Shown here piece by piece: positions 1-14,926 of a stretch of 64,000 nt of DNA; within the stretch, counting starts at the first letter, position 1, and each line of letters starts with the position of its first letter. The position numbers and the translations under genes were made by a program. The notes beneath the pieces were generated by a model. That model saw only the letters and a program-made list of their open reading frames with translations, did not search any database and had not been told where the DNA came from. This stretch comes from Phoronis australis (taxonomy: Eukaryota; Animalia; Phoronida): contig NMRA01000040.1 in assembly GCA_002633005.1 (NCBI GenBank), positions 699,362-763,361 on the forward strand. The letters are read 5' to 3'.

Positions 1-2211
1 TTTGTGCACTGTAATTAGTTCTCTGCACCACCCAGCGTAAACTTTGACACGTTTGGATATTTGCCTTCTTTTGGTGTCTATCTGGACTAACTACATCAGG
101 ATTTCGTTTCCAGTTGCGCAATGACACGCGTAGTGTTGACTGACGCACAGACAGTGTCAAATTGAGAACACGTCTACTTCCTGCTGGAACTTAGAAGTTA
201 TAATTAACTCAGTGCTTAACTAAAACTCAAATAAATATAAACACCTGATTGATCCCGAATGATTTTCTATGTATTCATGGTTGCCAGGAACAAAAATCGT
301 GGGCATGTAAGTAATTTATTAATCAGAAATCAATATGAAAACATTTCACCGCCGCAGACAATTAGAAGTCGAGGGTTTGCTATCTCCGTAAATGAAAATG
401 CCGGAGTGCTCATTTCGAATCGTGCCTGTTAATTAAAATGGCTTTGATCATCAATATTGCATGCATTTAATAAAACAAAAGCGACTGCACAATTCGGATT
501 AAATGCAAAGGTCATAATTATTTCATTTCTTCATTTCAAACCGAAGCCAAATCGTCTAAGTTAATCGCCGTGCGCTCTATTGTTTCGCTAGTGATGTCTT
601 TTTAATGTGTGGGGTGAACAGAATACAAACGCACCATTTAATGCCGTTGTTTGATGTTTTTCAGTCTAATAGGCCATAGGTCATTTAGAAAGTGAACTTC
701 GAGAAAACAAAAGCTGGCGATACTTGAACCTGTTTCTATAGTATTCGACTTTTTCGACTTTTTGTGTTCTCGAATTAGGATTAAACGTTGCCTGCCCATA
801 TCAAAATGAGTTCGGAGTAATGTGTATTATTACGGTAAGCAAAACAAGTTTTTTGGTTGCAGCATTAAAGTGAGTTCAGTTTAATAAAATTATTATTAAG
901 TAAATCAACCTTTCGATCCCAGAGCATTTGACTGTATTGTGACCATTTAATGTTACTCGGTAATTTGCGTTAAACAACGGAGTAATTGAAATAGCCAGAG
1001 TGTGTATTGTCTATTGTGCTGGATTTATTACGTAATTTTGGGGGGAAACAATTATTGGTTAATCCAATATGGCCCGGAAATTGTCACTTGTCATTAAACT
1101 CAGGAACCGTGGAACACGTGTTGTGGTAGCCAAATTCTCCTAAATGAGTCTCACCCTTTTCGCATACACGATCGCCACAAATTAACTCACGTCTATGTCG
1201 TGTCTGTCCGCTGCACTTGTTGCGCGAACTGAGTTAATTCTGCAAGTCTGTAATGATCTAATATACAATCCAATACACGCTGCAAATCTCGTACACAATA
1301 CTTTCTTTTACTGGAGGTATCACAATTGCACAAGGAGTTGTTTCCTGTCGAAATTGATTTTCAAATTAGGACCAGTTTCACGGAAACCTGAACTGGTTGA
1401 AGTTATAAAGTTGAGAGTAAAATTGAAGTGCTATCACATTGAAATGAAATTTTGTGCCCCTTCCAGTGTCTTATTTTCAAACACTTTCTTTTTTGCAACT
1501 GTTTACATTTCCAGGATTCTCAATGAGCAAACATTCAAACATGGTACAAATTCCGCGTCATGTTTTAGTGTCATAGTTTCCTTCCTGTTAATTCGCAAAA
1601 CAACTATTGCTTACATATTATTTACCTATTATTTGCCTATTCGGCAATAGTCTGATGTAAAGTGCCCGTATTTTGATAGCCAGTTTGATGCCCGCTATTC
1701 AGTGGAGAAAACTGGTTCTCAAAATTCAAGCACGTTATTACAGACCATTACCGAAAAAAGTCTTTCAATCATGGCTTGAAATTTTAAACATGGCTCCAGG
1801 CTTTTCAAACATGGCTCTCGAGATTTTCAAACACATGTATGGAGAAATGTGATTTTTGCATGTCACGTGACGCCAGAGATAGCCAAAATGTGTGGTCCCC
1901 TTGTAGACAGGTCTGCATCGGAAAATAAGTATATTTTTGTTGTCAATCACTCGGTGTTTTTCATTTCTCGGACCAACTTAAACTTCTAAAGCATAACTCG
2001 TATGTTATGGGATCCTGTTGTTTTTAGTTCAGCGGTCAAATTAAATATTGAACAAAAATACATTTTGTTTGGCTGTATTCGCCTATTGGTCTATTAAGTT
2101 TGCATTAGCGACTGATCTACACTTTGTGCTTGTAGTTCTTTCTGACTAGAGTTTGTTCAGGAGTTTTTCAGTTAACACCCTTGTTTCATTAACAGCCAAT
2201 TTGCATTACAG

Positions 2212-2759
2212 GTGAGAAGCCGTTCAGGTGTGAGTTCGAGGGGTGCGACCGTCGCTTCGCCAACAGCTCCGACCGCAAGAAACATTCTCATGTGCACACT
2301 AGCGACAAGCCGTACAACTGCAAGATTCGTGGGTGTGACAAGAGCTACACACATCCTAGTTCCTTAAGGAAACACATGAAGATCCATTGCAAATCGCCGC
2401 CACCTCCCGGATCGACGCCGTTCGGCTCCGAGGGCGGCTCCCCGTGCAACGACTCGACCGGTGAGAGTGCGCCTCCGACGCCCGAACCAGCGCCCACCAG
2501 CCACGCTAGTCAACTACCTCAGCCGTCGCCGACGGAGACGACGAGCAGCAATGCGTCGATGAACACTTCGACGTCATCGACGTCGAACAACGTGATCGGC
2601 AACCACCCGACCAATCTGAGCGAATGGTACGTCTGCCAGAGCGCCGGCATGCCGACACCGCCCAGCAACGAACACTCTCCGGTTAGTGTCTTGCCGCATC
2701 ATTTGCCCCACCATCATGGCATACCTTCGCTACACCACACGGCTGTCGCCCAATACTAG
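2212..2759 (+). CDS. Zic: Zic family C2H2 zinc-finger transcription factor, terminal coding exon (ZF4, ZF5, C-terminal tail); upstream exon lies outside the window
   Basis: After acceptor ttacag (2206-2211), phase-1 translation gives (G)[58 protein letters not shown], the diagnostic Zic ZF4-ZF5. It also has the C-terminal NLSEWYV motif and stop TAG at 2757-2759. The intron position between ZF3 and ZF4 is the conserved bilaterian Zic intron. Confidence 0.97.
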
Positions 2760-5700
2760 TTGCGCGTGCGGCGCCTGCCGTGAATTGAGCATTCCTCGGT
2801 TACTGAAATTCGCGCTTCTGCGACAGGACCACCATGACAAGCATTTTCCAGAACTGTGTCGGGTGTTCAGATAATGCACTCCGGCATTGGCTGTCGTGTG
2901 TTGGTTTCGTCGGTTTGGTTGTAGTGGCGGAAGGGGGCGTGCTGCTTCGAACTTGGTGATTTTGCCTGCGAGGGCCGAAACGTCTGTCATAGTGAGCGCG
3001 TTCTATGCATGATTCTTCGTGAGTTTCCCGAAGGAAGTGCACGGAATTGCGGACGAGTGCATTACTGAAGGGTGTATACTTGACTGTGTATAATGTTTAG
3101 TTAATGGTCACATCGATACGTCTCTTTTTGCCAGTGATGCATTGGCTGATACGTTGTCACTTGTGCAATATTTACACAATGTTCTGGTTTCGATTTTCCT
3201 CTTACCACACGTGACAGTAAGCGACAAATGATTTGATCGTTCTACCCACAAATTTCATATTTTTCAGAGTTAATCGAATTCTAAGTAGATTAAGACAAGT
3301 GTACGCTTCTGAAATGTCATTAGTGTTAAATGCAAAGCTGTTGTTTTTCTTGTAAAGAATATTGTTTTTGTGTTGTAAAGGTTCAGGGTTTAGCGTTACC
3401 GGTTGAAAGTGATAAATGACATTACATATTTATTTTTGGTCAATAGTAAGCAACTAAGATGCCGTCTTCTTGCCCGTTTGGTATCGGTTCTGTTGGAGTG
3501 AGTGGTGTAATTTATTATTTAGTAAAGTGTCTTCATATTTAATGGTGCTTATGTCGTGTCGGCAGTTTTTCACTTCACCTCACTTCTAGTCATGCGAAAG
3601 TTAGAAAGTCACAACGGAGTTCTGATTTTAAGATTAAGCTGTGTATCTGATTCCAAAAGTAAGATCAACTTGCACCTCATTGACAAATCTCTTCGAGACG
3701 ATCATAGGTTACCGTCTTAATTATTTTGTTCCACGCACTATTGTCTTACACCCTAATGGAATTGTTTTTTTTTCCCGATTTCATTTCCCTGTGCAGCACC
3801 GTGACATAATTAATTGGTGTTAATTGATAAATTAAAAAAGTGATTATTTCTACTACAAGACGAATACTCCACTAAGGTGTGGCTTGTTGATGTAAGACAT
3901 TCAAATCTAGTCATGAACTGTGTCTTGTCTAAGTCAAGACACGTGTCAACGACACGTGAGGATTTTATTTTCATCAGAGACTATATTTATTTACGTTGTT
4001 TGGTTCTATTGTTCGCTTGTAAATTAGATTAGTTTCAACAAATGTCATTATTCAAAGGTGTAAATATAATTTTTGATTTCCACTTGATTCTTGTTTATTT
4101 CCTGTTACTGTCTTACATATTGTGAAAGTAAGTAAACGCTTTCCACAATTAACTGGCGAAAATTTATATTATTTCATGAAATGCATTGACAAGTAAGTGA
4201 ATGGAATTTTTGTTTTCATTTACGAATCCAGACGAATTACAGTAAGTTAATTTCGTCACACGTCTCAAGTGGTTGTCTGCTTTCCGTGTGAGGTCAGACG
4301 TTTGGAGACGTCACACTAGGTCGATGCGCACGACTCTACGCATCCAAGTTGTGGAAATATAGCTAGTGACGTAGAAAACCAGCAGCGCAAAGCGTTTTGA
4401 ACACGACTCCTTGGTTTGAGGCACTCAATTACTGCAAACGCGTTATATGTACTACAAAATTTGAATAAATTAGCAACAAAAACTGCACACAATAAGAGTC
4501 ACATATAGAAACCTGTATTTCGAAATATGTCTTACAGAAATCTTAGCATTCAGTAACTTTTGACAGAAAAAAACACCGAGTTTGACAAAAATGAAACACC
4601 TACGGCAACGTACTGCTGCCAATTTTCCAAATACATTGTTGCTAAAACAAGAAATCCGTTCACATAACGTGTTGTGGAGCAAATCAATCGAGCGTTATGT
4701 TTCATACTAGGGGGTCACTAAGTGCAAATTACACGAGCGGTAACGAGCATTTGGAATTCCTGAAATCAATGTTTAAGAATCAAATATTTCGATAACACAG
4801 TGTGGAAAGCTGCTAACGTTAATTACTATATTCAAAGTCCGGTGATTTGTTGAAACGTCTTTACTTGATTCACACCGCTTTCGCGCAATTATTTAAGCCT
4901 GTTTTACAAAAAACACAAATGACCTATTACAGTTAATGATGGAAACTGTAGTCAAATCACAGTCCATGCTACCATAAAACCCCCACGCGTTGCAGTGACG
5001 AATGAATTTACTAACTACATCCGAACAAAAGCGTAAAAATAACATAAGGGCTGCTATATGGCCGATCACAGTGTGACACCCCGTCGCGCTATTCACGAAG
5101 GCGATAAAAGTGTGAATTTTGCTGCATACCATAAGATTGGAGCCCGCTGAGTTAAGGATTTGTCGCTTACTATCGCTTACTCGACCGTTTCATGTTTACA
5201 AATTTATTTACATTACAAATCTTATCACTGTATTCAAACCCGTCAGGAACGTTGAAACGATGAACTGCTACCGCAAACCTATGTTGTTGTGTGAGGATTG
5301 CGGAAGCTGTCAGACTTCCTGAACCAGTTAGTGTATTCAAAAAGAAAACATTGATTGATTCATTGATTGATCCGTTGATTTATTTGAAATAAAACCAAAA
5401 TTGCTATGCGATACAATGGGAAGTACACAGGGCAAAAATGAGGCCGACACACGAACTACAAAGGTTGACAAGTTTACGTAAAATAATGAAAGTAAAACAA
5501 TGTAGGGATGACCCCAAAAAGTGGTCACGTGGTCCGAATGAAAACCAAATTTATGTAATACATTTCATAAAAAAGGCATTTCGATGTACCATTAATAGTA
5601 AAAGAGCATCTCAAAATTGGCAAACGCGTATCTAATCTACGTTTCATGTTATAAAATCATTAAACAAGGGCAAACTGTAATAGCAAAGAATGAAAATCAA

Positions 5701-8700
5701 CCAAATTTTAGAAATTGTATTTGGCGATTGTCCTCTCTGTTAAAAGAAAATATTGTCAAGTAATCGAGTATCTGTTGGTTCTGTCAACTCACAATTTTTT
5801 ATCTCCTTATGGTAAAGATGTGATACAGTCTCACTCTTGGTGGTATTGAATCACTCCTCAGTTTTGTGCGTAATGGTCAGGACAAATACTGTGGAGTCGT
5901 CTATTTATATCACACGTTTAAATACAACATCAGAATTTAGAATAAAACTTGTTAGGTTCAACGTGTATATTCATGCATTGCGTGCACGGCAATCTTTGTA
6001 TTGAAATAACCACTTTTGAAATTTAGCTGATTTTTTGTGTTATGCGTACGTTTATATCACAGCTGACGTGGGCAAAACGTTACAAAGATGAACTGATTGC
6101 GCTTTCCAGCCAATCGAATACGGTGGAAAGTCAGGCAAATGCGACCACCTAATATACAACCAGTCCAAAGCTTCGATAGTGACGTGACGCAACCTGTGCG
6201 AAATAGACGTCTACAACCTCAGGCCATACTTGTTCAAAATGATCCTGTTCAAAATAAAATTTCACAAAAATTGCGCTTAGTGACGCAACACCTCAAGTCG
6301 TAAGCTTCGCACTGTTTGGCGGAGACACGGATCGGTTTTACCTCTAACAAAACAGTGTTAAGATTTTAAGTTAAATGCTAGACATAAATTCTTGTTTATG
6401 ATTGGTAAAAACTATAAACATCGTACTTATGATTTATTTGTGTGTAAATGTCCATTACTTGACGTGTCAAGCACTGGCGAAGGAGTGCTTGTCCTTATTA
6501 AACCCTGCGAGAAATAATAAATATAATTTACGTTTAATTTTGTTGTCATATGAAAAGCAATTTAACAACGGTGTAAAACTGTCACATATATGTACAAGTA
6601 TAAGAGACGCTTATAGGAGATTATTAGCCGTAATGCGAGCCACTCTACTGACTTTTTGTGAGGAAAGTTGGAGCCTTTATTTTATACCTTGTAACATTTA
6701 GGAAATTACTTAATTGCTATTAAGTAAAAGTACAAAAATGAAACACAAAGCAAGTTGTTCAACGCACAGGTTGAAACCTACAAGAAAAATTGTTATAACC
6801 TAACAATCTTTAACCATTTTTAAAATCTAAACATTTGCAATTAAAGGAAACGCTAAACTTGATCGCGTACCCAGAAAAATACTTATACAATAGATTGGGA
6901 GAGCCTTAATAGACGCTTTTTATAAAATCCACGTATTAGTGCTGTGTTCATTATCATATCACTTGAATAAATCGAGAGTCTTTAATTACCGAGATCAGAT
7001 AACGCGACAACTACATAATACAGTACGCCCTTTTCTTCAACCGGTGGAAATACATCGGAGTTCATGCGTATTTAATGATGTTTGAAATTTTAGAATGTTT
7101 GAAGTTGATGAGGCGTTACGTCGGCTATTCTAACCATTTTCTACCTCTGTTGAACGCAGAAAAGAGTTTTGTATGCGACATTTGAGGCCCAGTCAACTGT
7201 GTCGGCATATATCCGTACTTCAGCTATATGTGATAACAACAGATGTTTCGAAATGTGTTTTCAAATCTCTTTGAATTCTTGTTCGTGTTCGCTAGTTTTC
7301 GCTGTTCTTTTCAAACAATTTTATGATATTTAAATTAGTATTTGTTTGGCTCACGTCTGAAATCTGTTCGATTCAATTGTTTAGCATTTCATACAGTTAT
7401 AAAGGACTAAGTGTTTTAGATAAAGAAGTATTGTGTTTTCAAAGCAAACTCGACATATTTTCTCTGTTGTAAATTCAGTTTAAAAACACCGCCACCTTTG
7501 TTGTTGTATGGCGAAAACTGATCCTAAAACAGCGATTTGTTTCTGTAAAGAAAGCCATTTCAAAGAGCTGAAATGATGAATTTTAATCAGGATTTTGAAC
7601 AAAATCGTGGAACTGCAGGCAAAGAGCGAAAATGCTTTTATTGTCGTCTTCATGAAACTTCGATAATGTTTTAATTGTGGACTTTCTTCTTGGTTAATTA
7701 TGACGTCAGAATTTGGAAGTTTTGGCTCTTTAATTTCTATATGTGAAAAACACACTTTCTCGTAAATAAGCATCACACTTAAATTAGTCCTTTAAAATTA
7801 CTTGTCTTATTGGAACTGCACTCAGTGCCATCAGAAAATGTCTCCTAACAATTCCATCACTCACGTTAGACTACTTTCAACACGGGCGATAATATTTTCG
7901 TATTGTGGAATGGTAATCCAATTTGCCATGATTCGCAATAGCATAATAGCAGTTTATTTCAACTCAAATTCTTTGGATAATGCAAAAGATAGTGTAATTG
8001 GTTCTGGTCTGGGCCCAACTCATTTTGAAACAAGCACTTCAAATCTTATGGCATCAGGTGGCGCTCTGTAAAAATGATACCGACGCATTTCAGCTGGCAT
8101 CAGGTGATTTTTTGAAACATAGACAACTAAAAAATACCGCGTCACCGCACCAATTTTCACCGAAACACAGGCCAGAACAAATTCTGCTAATTTTACCACA
8201 ATGTCTAACAAGAAAATAAGATCGGAAAAATGTTCAGCAACATTCATTTCTAGTACCATTTTTGATATTATTCTGACGGACCGAAACATTTTTTTGTGTA
8301 GTGGAATTATATTCCAATTTGTCAACGTACCTATACCGAAGCTGCACCGATCCCCGTGACGTGCGTACAAAGAAATGTTATAAATCGTAACGGCTTCACC
8401 TGTCAGAGGGCACTCGAAACTGACGCGTGCGCTTTGTGCGGAATCAGTGTAACGAAAAAAGTTCAAGTTGAAGATATATACGGGGTCAAACACGCATGCA
8501 ATATGACAAGATTTTATTAACAGTATCCACTTGGCGATATTATATGTCCCAGCAGTTGTTCTTTTCAGCATTCCCACTGTTTGTCTTCAGGCATGGAGGA
8601 ATGTTATCAAAAGTGAGGTCAAGTTCAATGACCGTGGGCTCACGGGGAGAAAATCTAGTCAAAATATAAGGCGATATCTCGCAGAATCTCACGAAATCTT

Positions 8701-10807
8701 GCTTTTCTAGCGAGACACTAGCGTTATTGAACTCGACCTGGGTTTTTGGTGAGAGAGAATGAAAATCATGAGTAAATCACTTGCCAAAAACTACTTGTCT
8801 GGCTATTGCAGTAGTCACATTTTCACTGTGTACTACTTTACTTCGACTCACAGTAGTTTTAAAAGCAACAAAATCGAGTTATTGTCAGGTCGAACACACT
8901 CGCGTTGTACGGTTGTGATACTTATAACACCATGTTTTGTCAATCGAAAGAAGTGGACGAAAAATAATGGTTCCACTGAAAACACTTGTTTTAAATATTC
9001 ATTTTGATAAACTGAATATTTCTTCAACTTTAAGATGAACAAATATCTTATTCTAAAAATTAAATAAAACTTTTATAAACCTTAGGATTGAAAATAGAAT
9101 TTTGTATCTGACGGGTAATACATTCATAACACTGCTTTCCATTTTCTACATTGCGTTGCTTATTTTAGGGTATTTAAAACAAAATGAATTTTTCGGGATG
9201 GCTGGTTGAAGTCAACTTAGTCCGTTGGTAATTTTTGTTATAAAACATAATTTGCAGGCAGACAAGACATTTTCTCATTTTGTGTGAAGGTACACTTATC
9301 ACTTACCTCGTTTAGATTTTTGCACAATGATTGAGGCAATTTTAACAATTAACGGAGTCGTCGATAGGCGTAACGCTGATTTTCTTTGTTAGCAGTCCAT
9401 ATGCTGTCTACGACAGGAGTCAACACCGCGGGTAAGCAAGAACATTCTGGAAACGCGAATTCTTGATCTTGTCAATAAATTATAATATATACACGAACAA
9501 CAAACAAGCGAAGAAATCATAAAACAAATTCTACACAATAACTGTTTGTTTACAAAGAACAAAACGCCCTGAAAATATCAGTACGCACTAATTGTAAGGC
9601 AATTTTACGTTAATTTGATTTTTGTATGCCTTGTATGTCTCTTTGTCAGTGAACACTTGATGTTAAAGTAAGAATAGAGACACCCTCTACAAATTATTTA
9701 TTTCAAGAGGAGACGTCGAATAATACTTTTGTCTGCTAAAGCCAATAAACTGTTGAATGTATCCTGCTGTGATTTGTACAAAATGTCTACACGACAAATC
9801 ACAATAACGAAACAGGGTTGTTCAACAAGTGCATTAATAACGCGCGTTGCGAGTTCAATTGCTCTGATCATTTCTACAAAAGTTTTACGCATAATTAGAG
9901 TGAAGCGTCCCAGATTAACATTCCGTGGCGACTGAGTGAGCGCGAAACCTCGCCAAGTGTCCAATTAGACTCAATGCACGTTGTCAGCTGAATATAATTA
10001 CATGAAATTCTTTTGGATACTTTCAGAGGGGGCGGTTCCCGTTGCAGGTCGCAGTCAATAGTAACAGACGTATTGTTTGTCTACACTCTCATCGTTTGTC
10101 AGTAATAGTTGTTTGTGCTCGCTACCGCGTAATGAGTGCCTTCTATACATGCACCTTTGAGATGGGGAATTGTTGGGTCATTATGTTTAGGTGACGCTGG
10201 AAAACAAGGCAAATTTCTAAGGCGTAATTTGAAATAATTTAGCTTTGATTATCTGGCTTCCGAACCTACGAGACTGTCAAATTACAGCACTTTTGGGGAA
10301 ATGGTCGCTAGGTAAAGGCTATGAATTAACAGCGGTAAACAAGAGTTGCAACGTTATCCAGGTCCGAGTCATTGCTGTTGAACAAATTTATTGCAAAACA
10401 AAATTGAAAAACGAAAGCCGCTACACACGTAGATTTTCTAAAATAGTAAACTTATGCCAACGGCTCACATGTAGATCCACGCGATGGGCACACGAATAAA
10501 AAATAAAATTTACAAATCACTAAAAAAGATATCGATAAATAAATACATGATAATGAAAGCAAATAACCATTTAATTAATTAAGAGTGCTACTATTTCAGC
10601 ATTCTGGTTTCAAGCTACGGGATTAAGTGCTTGAAAAATAGTTTGGTAACAATTTTTGAAAAATTATTTGATAACCAGTAATGGGCGTAATATCAGAGTT
10701 TTCCATAGTCTCCACACATGTTCACTACACAGATTGCTCACTGATGTTCCTTCCACGAAAGCAATCTGTATTTTGGTTTGGGAAATAAGCTATTGCAAAT
10801 CATGTAA

Positions 10808-10880
10808 GCCTTCGTAGCTCAGTGGTTAGAGCACTGGTCTTGTAAACCAGGGGTCGAGAGTTCAAATCTCTCCGGAGGCT
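10808..10880 (+). tRNA. tRNA-Thr(TGT), intact
   Basis: 73 nt, GCCTTCG...CGGAGGC-T acceptor, A box TAGCTCAGTGG, anticodon arm CTGGT-CTTGTAA-ACCAG, T arm GAGAG-TTCAAAT-CTCTC, T-run terminator just downstream. Confidence 0.95.
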
Positions 10881-11293
10881 GTGTTTTTGCGTCAACATTA
10901 AATTTTATAAATCTTCTGAAGACAAGTGGGTCATTGCAAAATTTTGAAATTCCAAATTACTCATTAGAAATCTCGGATAGTAAGATCCCGAGCGTATGAT
11001 CGGAAAATGACACTCGATCACATATACCTATTCAGGTAAGACCGGGAGTAATTTCGGAAGTAGGGGCCAATAAACGGGTAATGTTCTGCGGTACGTTGCA
11101 ATGACATATGGTTGCCTGGTTGCTAATTTGACTAACATTCGCGACGAGATCACTACACAAGTGCGGCAAAGAGCTGAAAGCTACTGTGGAAAACCATGCT
11201 TGTAAAACTATAAATTTGGCGGCTCCAAAACTACATGTAGGCTCGTATTCCGCCGATTATAGGCTCATGGGCGTACATTTAGGGGGGGGGGGG

Positions 11294-11356
11294 NNNNNNN
11301 NNNNNNNNNNNNNNNNNNNNNNNNNNNNNNNNNNNNNNNNNNNNNNNNNNNNNNNN
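11294..11356. other. Assembly gap (N run) following a poly-G tract
   Basis: Run of n characters. Confidence 0.99.
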
Positions 11357-11656
11357 AGTTGTTTGCGGGGGGGTGAGTTGTTTGCGGAAATTTCAGGTAT
11401 GAAAGGTATTTGCGTTGATGAGGTTAATTTATTACAACGGCACCGTTTTATTGCAATTGTAACAAAACGATATTCGTAATAGGGCACACGTAAAGTGAAC
11501 TCCGATTTGTTACGAAGACAAAAATGTTTTGGCTTAAGCGGGCTTCCAGTTGTCAGAGCCAGGTAAAGGGCATTCGTCAAATCGGAGGAATGGGATCTAC
11601 TCCCAGATCTAGCATGGACGGGTATTCCCATAGCCAGCTTATGTGTAACCCTCAAG

Positions 11657-11818
11657 ACCAGGTAGGGGTACTACCACATGGTAAGCTATGAAAGGTACCA
11701 AGTAGGGGTACTACCACATGGTAAGCTATGAAAGGTACCAAGTAGGGGTACTACCACATGGTAAGCTATGAAAGGTACCAGGTAGGGGTACTACCACATG
11801 GTAAGCTATGAAAGGTAC
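11657..11818. repeat. Minisatellite, 40-bp unit x4
   Basis: ACCA(G/A)GTAGGGGTACTACCACATGGTAAGCTATGAAAGGT repeated four times head-to-tail with no spacers. Confidence 0.95.
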
Positions 11819-13062
11819 TTTCACAGCCAACTCAGTGTTATTTTCAAGAGCAGCTAAGAGGGGTTCTCTAGAAGGGGGGAAGGGTGGTTCTTCAACCAGC
11901 TCGTGTTGCTTCCATAGCCTGCTCGTGTGTAGGTTAAGACCAATTTAAGGGGTGTTCCCAAACACAGCTTCAGAGGTAGTCCCAGATCCAACGTGCCAGC
12001 ATCCTAAAATCGGTTCATCACTTCTAATAAGCACGTGTTGTCAGAAACCAGTGCGTCGATATAGGTCACGTGGTGTGACCAACAGGTGGCACGTAAGAAG
12101 ACTAATGATCCTTAAACTTATAATTACGTTTCCTTCGAACGCCTTTTCCTTGCGACGGAGTCCAACAGTTTCAGACACCGCATAGCGAACACCAATGTAA
12201 GCTGGTTTTGTAAAACCTTGTAAGCTAAAAAATAGTAAAGGTAAGCATACCTTTGTGTAGAAATATTAATTTCCAAATGGATGACTCGGTACGTTTTTAG
12301 CAAGAAAGTGGTGTTGGACATCTCAGCACATATACTACATAATTTTGTCACTTACCTTTGGCTGTGAAAGTATCCCCCATCTGATCTTGGCAGTACTCCC
12401 CAAGACGACTGCAGGAAGCAACTTTGGAGTCTTACCAATGTTTTGCCTTGTAAGAAATTGGAGCTCACTATACTGACAGGAGGCCTTTGTTTCGCATTTG
12501 CATTTGAATACCGGAGCAAAGAGCAAGCCATGCAGTATTTTGTCGACCATTTGAGACACCATAAGCGCTTGGAGACGAAACTATCGCATTCTGTGACTAT
12601 TTTGCAACAGGTGTAAGTGACGATTAATTCCTCTCGTCTGACATGTTTATCGTAGAAATTATTGATTGACGACAATGGATGTCAAGGTCCCAGAATGCTT
12701 AGCGTAGTTTATGCCAACTTGCTGTTCTAACACAAGAGAACATTACGAATGACATGGCACAACATTACGTGTAAGAAATGATGTTTTTGATTATGCCAGG
12801 CACACCAAGAATGAAAATTGCGCTTTGTCTCGCATAGGGAAGTGGCTTCGTCTCAAATTCAACTGATGTTGTGTTGAATCGGAATTTTGCGAAATGTAAA
12901 CGCACTTTTTAATTTTTGATCTGGATTTCTAAAAGAGACCAACAATGATACTAGAATTGGCTAACAAGTATGACTTACCGGGAAATATTATATTGTATTT
13001 TGTCATATACTTGTTATTTTAGGTTCGTGCTTGAAATCATAAAATGTGTATATATTTATATC

Positions 13063-13256
13063 CAACCATACATCAATCCATTCATCAACTCACCCATCCA
13101 TCAATCTATCCATCCATCCGTCCATCCACCCACCCAACCACCCATCCATCCACCCATCCACCCAACCAGCAATCCGTCCATCCAGCCACCCATCCATCCA
13201 TCCATCCATCCATCCATCCATCAATCCATCCTTCCATCCATCCATCTATCCGGCTA
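13063..13256. repeat. (CATC)n degenerate microsatellite
   Basis: Imperfect CCAT/CCAC/CAAT tetranucleotide array. Confidence 0.95.
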
Positions 13257-14926
13257 TCAATCTGTGAATGTGAAAAAATGGGTAATGTAGTTAAGTCATT
13301 TCCTTTTTAAAAATTGGAACATTACGTTTCTTGTTATATTTGACTTATTATAAAAGGTATTTTGAATCGATTTCCATGAATAAATAAATCAATAAGTTCC
13401 ATAGCGTTACCCAGTGAGAAAGTTTTTAAAATGTCATCGGGTTCGAGCAAGCTGTATTCTCTCACTTTTTCTGTTCTGATAACAGTGCTCAATTAGCGAG
13501 ATGCCCGCCGGTTTTCAATCCCTGCCCACACGCATGACAATTTGCCACTTGACTTGAATAATGATGGCAGGGCCTCGGAGGTTAGTGGTCTGAGCAGAAA
13601 CATAATAAAAACAACGCAGCAGCGATTTAGCCAATCAGACACACGAAGCATTTACATTGAGCCACTTGCTTACAGCGCCACAGTTCCGGTTTGAAGAACT
13701 GAAAACCATCCGTGCTTTCTGTCAAAAACAAACAAGTTTTGCCGGGTTTAGACAATTTACCATTATGCAACTGGTTTTGTCTTGTTCCTTACTGAGTTTA
13801 AAAACAATCTCTGAATTCGGAAAGAATTGACACTAAGTTCGGTACTTCAGCTCAACTGTGAGCTTGGTCTGAACATGCAAATAACGATCCTGTTGTCAGC
13901 CAATCCCAGTTCACATTTGCCTCAGGAACAATTTGAGACCTAATTCATAACTATTTTGTTTTTGACAGAAACTACTGGTTAAGTCCTCTTTAATTTCTTT
14001 TCATAAAAATCGACTAAAATGTTAAAAAAACAGCTTCCGTAGTTTAAGCATGTCAACTAGACTAAAGATGGCATCAGGATGGATAACCTTCGGCGAAGAT
14101 CTGCGCATATTGTGACGGTTTTCAATCTATTGGATAAAAGAATCATCATTCGCTTTATCCTGCTAAGATCACATAACACGTTTGGCGCGGATTACGCAAG
14201 AACCCCTATTCCCGAAGAAAAGTGAAAAATTCAGGCGTTGCTCAAAATGTTAACGGTTCCATAACTAAGAACACCAGCGATTGAAAGCTGCTGATACGTC
14301 TTTAGGCTGTAATAGGTCCGCACCCTTGCGAAATGTCGTCAAACAAACAATGAGATTTACCCGGTAACGTGTTGTTTGTCGTGTAAAATGGCGGCTTGGA
14401 AACGAAGGTGTATCAAGAATGCTGCGTTCTAATTGGTCAGTTAAGCCGTCACTCAAAACCTTGGCGATTGGTCAATTGCTATAGCTCGCGAAGACTTGCG
14501 TGATCTCACTGAATTCGCAAGATACCTCGCCTTAATGGGCACGGAACTTACCCCACGTCTCAGGAATAAGTGCTATTTGTATCCATATAAGTATTTAAAT
14601 AGAGGGCGGGCTCTAACCTCATCAGGTCATTCAAAGATTTCGTGAGAGCCCTCCAGGCGTAAAAAAAAATAAATACAATGGGAATATACAAAAACATGAG
14701 AAACCGACAATGGAGATCACGAACATTTTGAATATTACGTAACCAATTTCATGACTGTACAGGTATGACTCATTCGTTCATAACTGTAACAGGTACGCGC
14801 AACGCTTTTCCACGCATCCAGCTCATTAAATACTTAGCTGCAGTTATGAATAATCAATGTGTTGATAAAATGCCGCTATCCTACATACCTGTATATTAAT
14901 TCATGCGTGACAAAGGTGCACGAAGC

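Noticed and set aside
1195-1650. 151-aa ORF upstream of the Zic exon
   Set aside because: It lies in the Zic intron, is AT-rich and has no zinc-finger or other recognisable motif.
8020-8577. 185-aa minus-strand ORF
   Set aside because: No recognisable domain or clear splice support; most likely chance or repeat-derived.
11657-11818. CRISPR-like array
   Set aside because: Units are contiguous with no unique spacers, there are no cas genes and the context is eukaryotic.
12970-13310. HPSI-repeat ORFs
   Set aside because: These are translations of the (CATC)n microsatellite.
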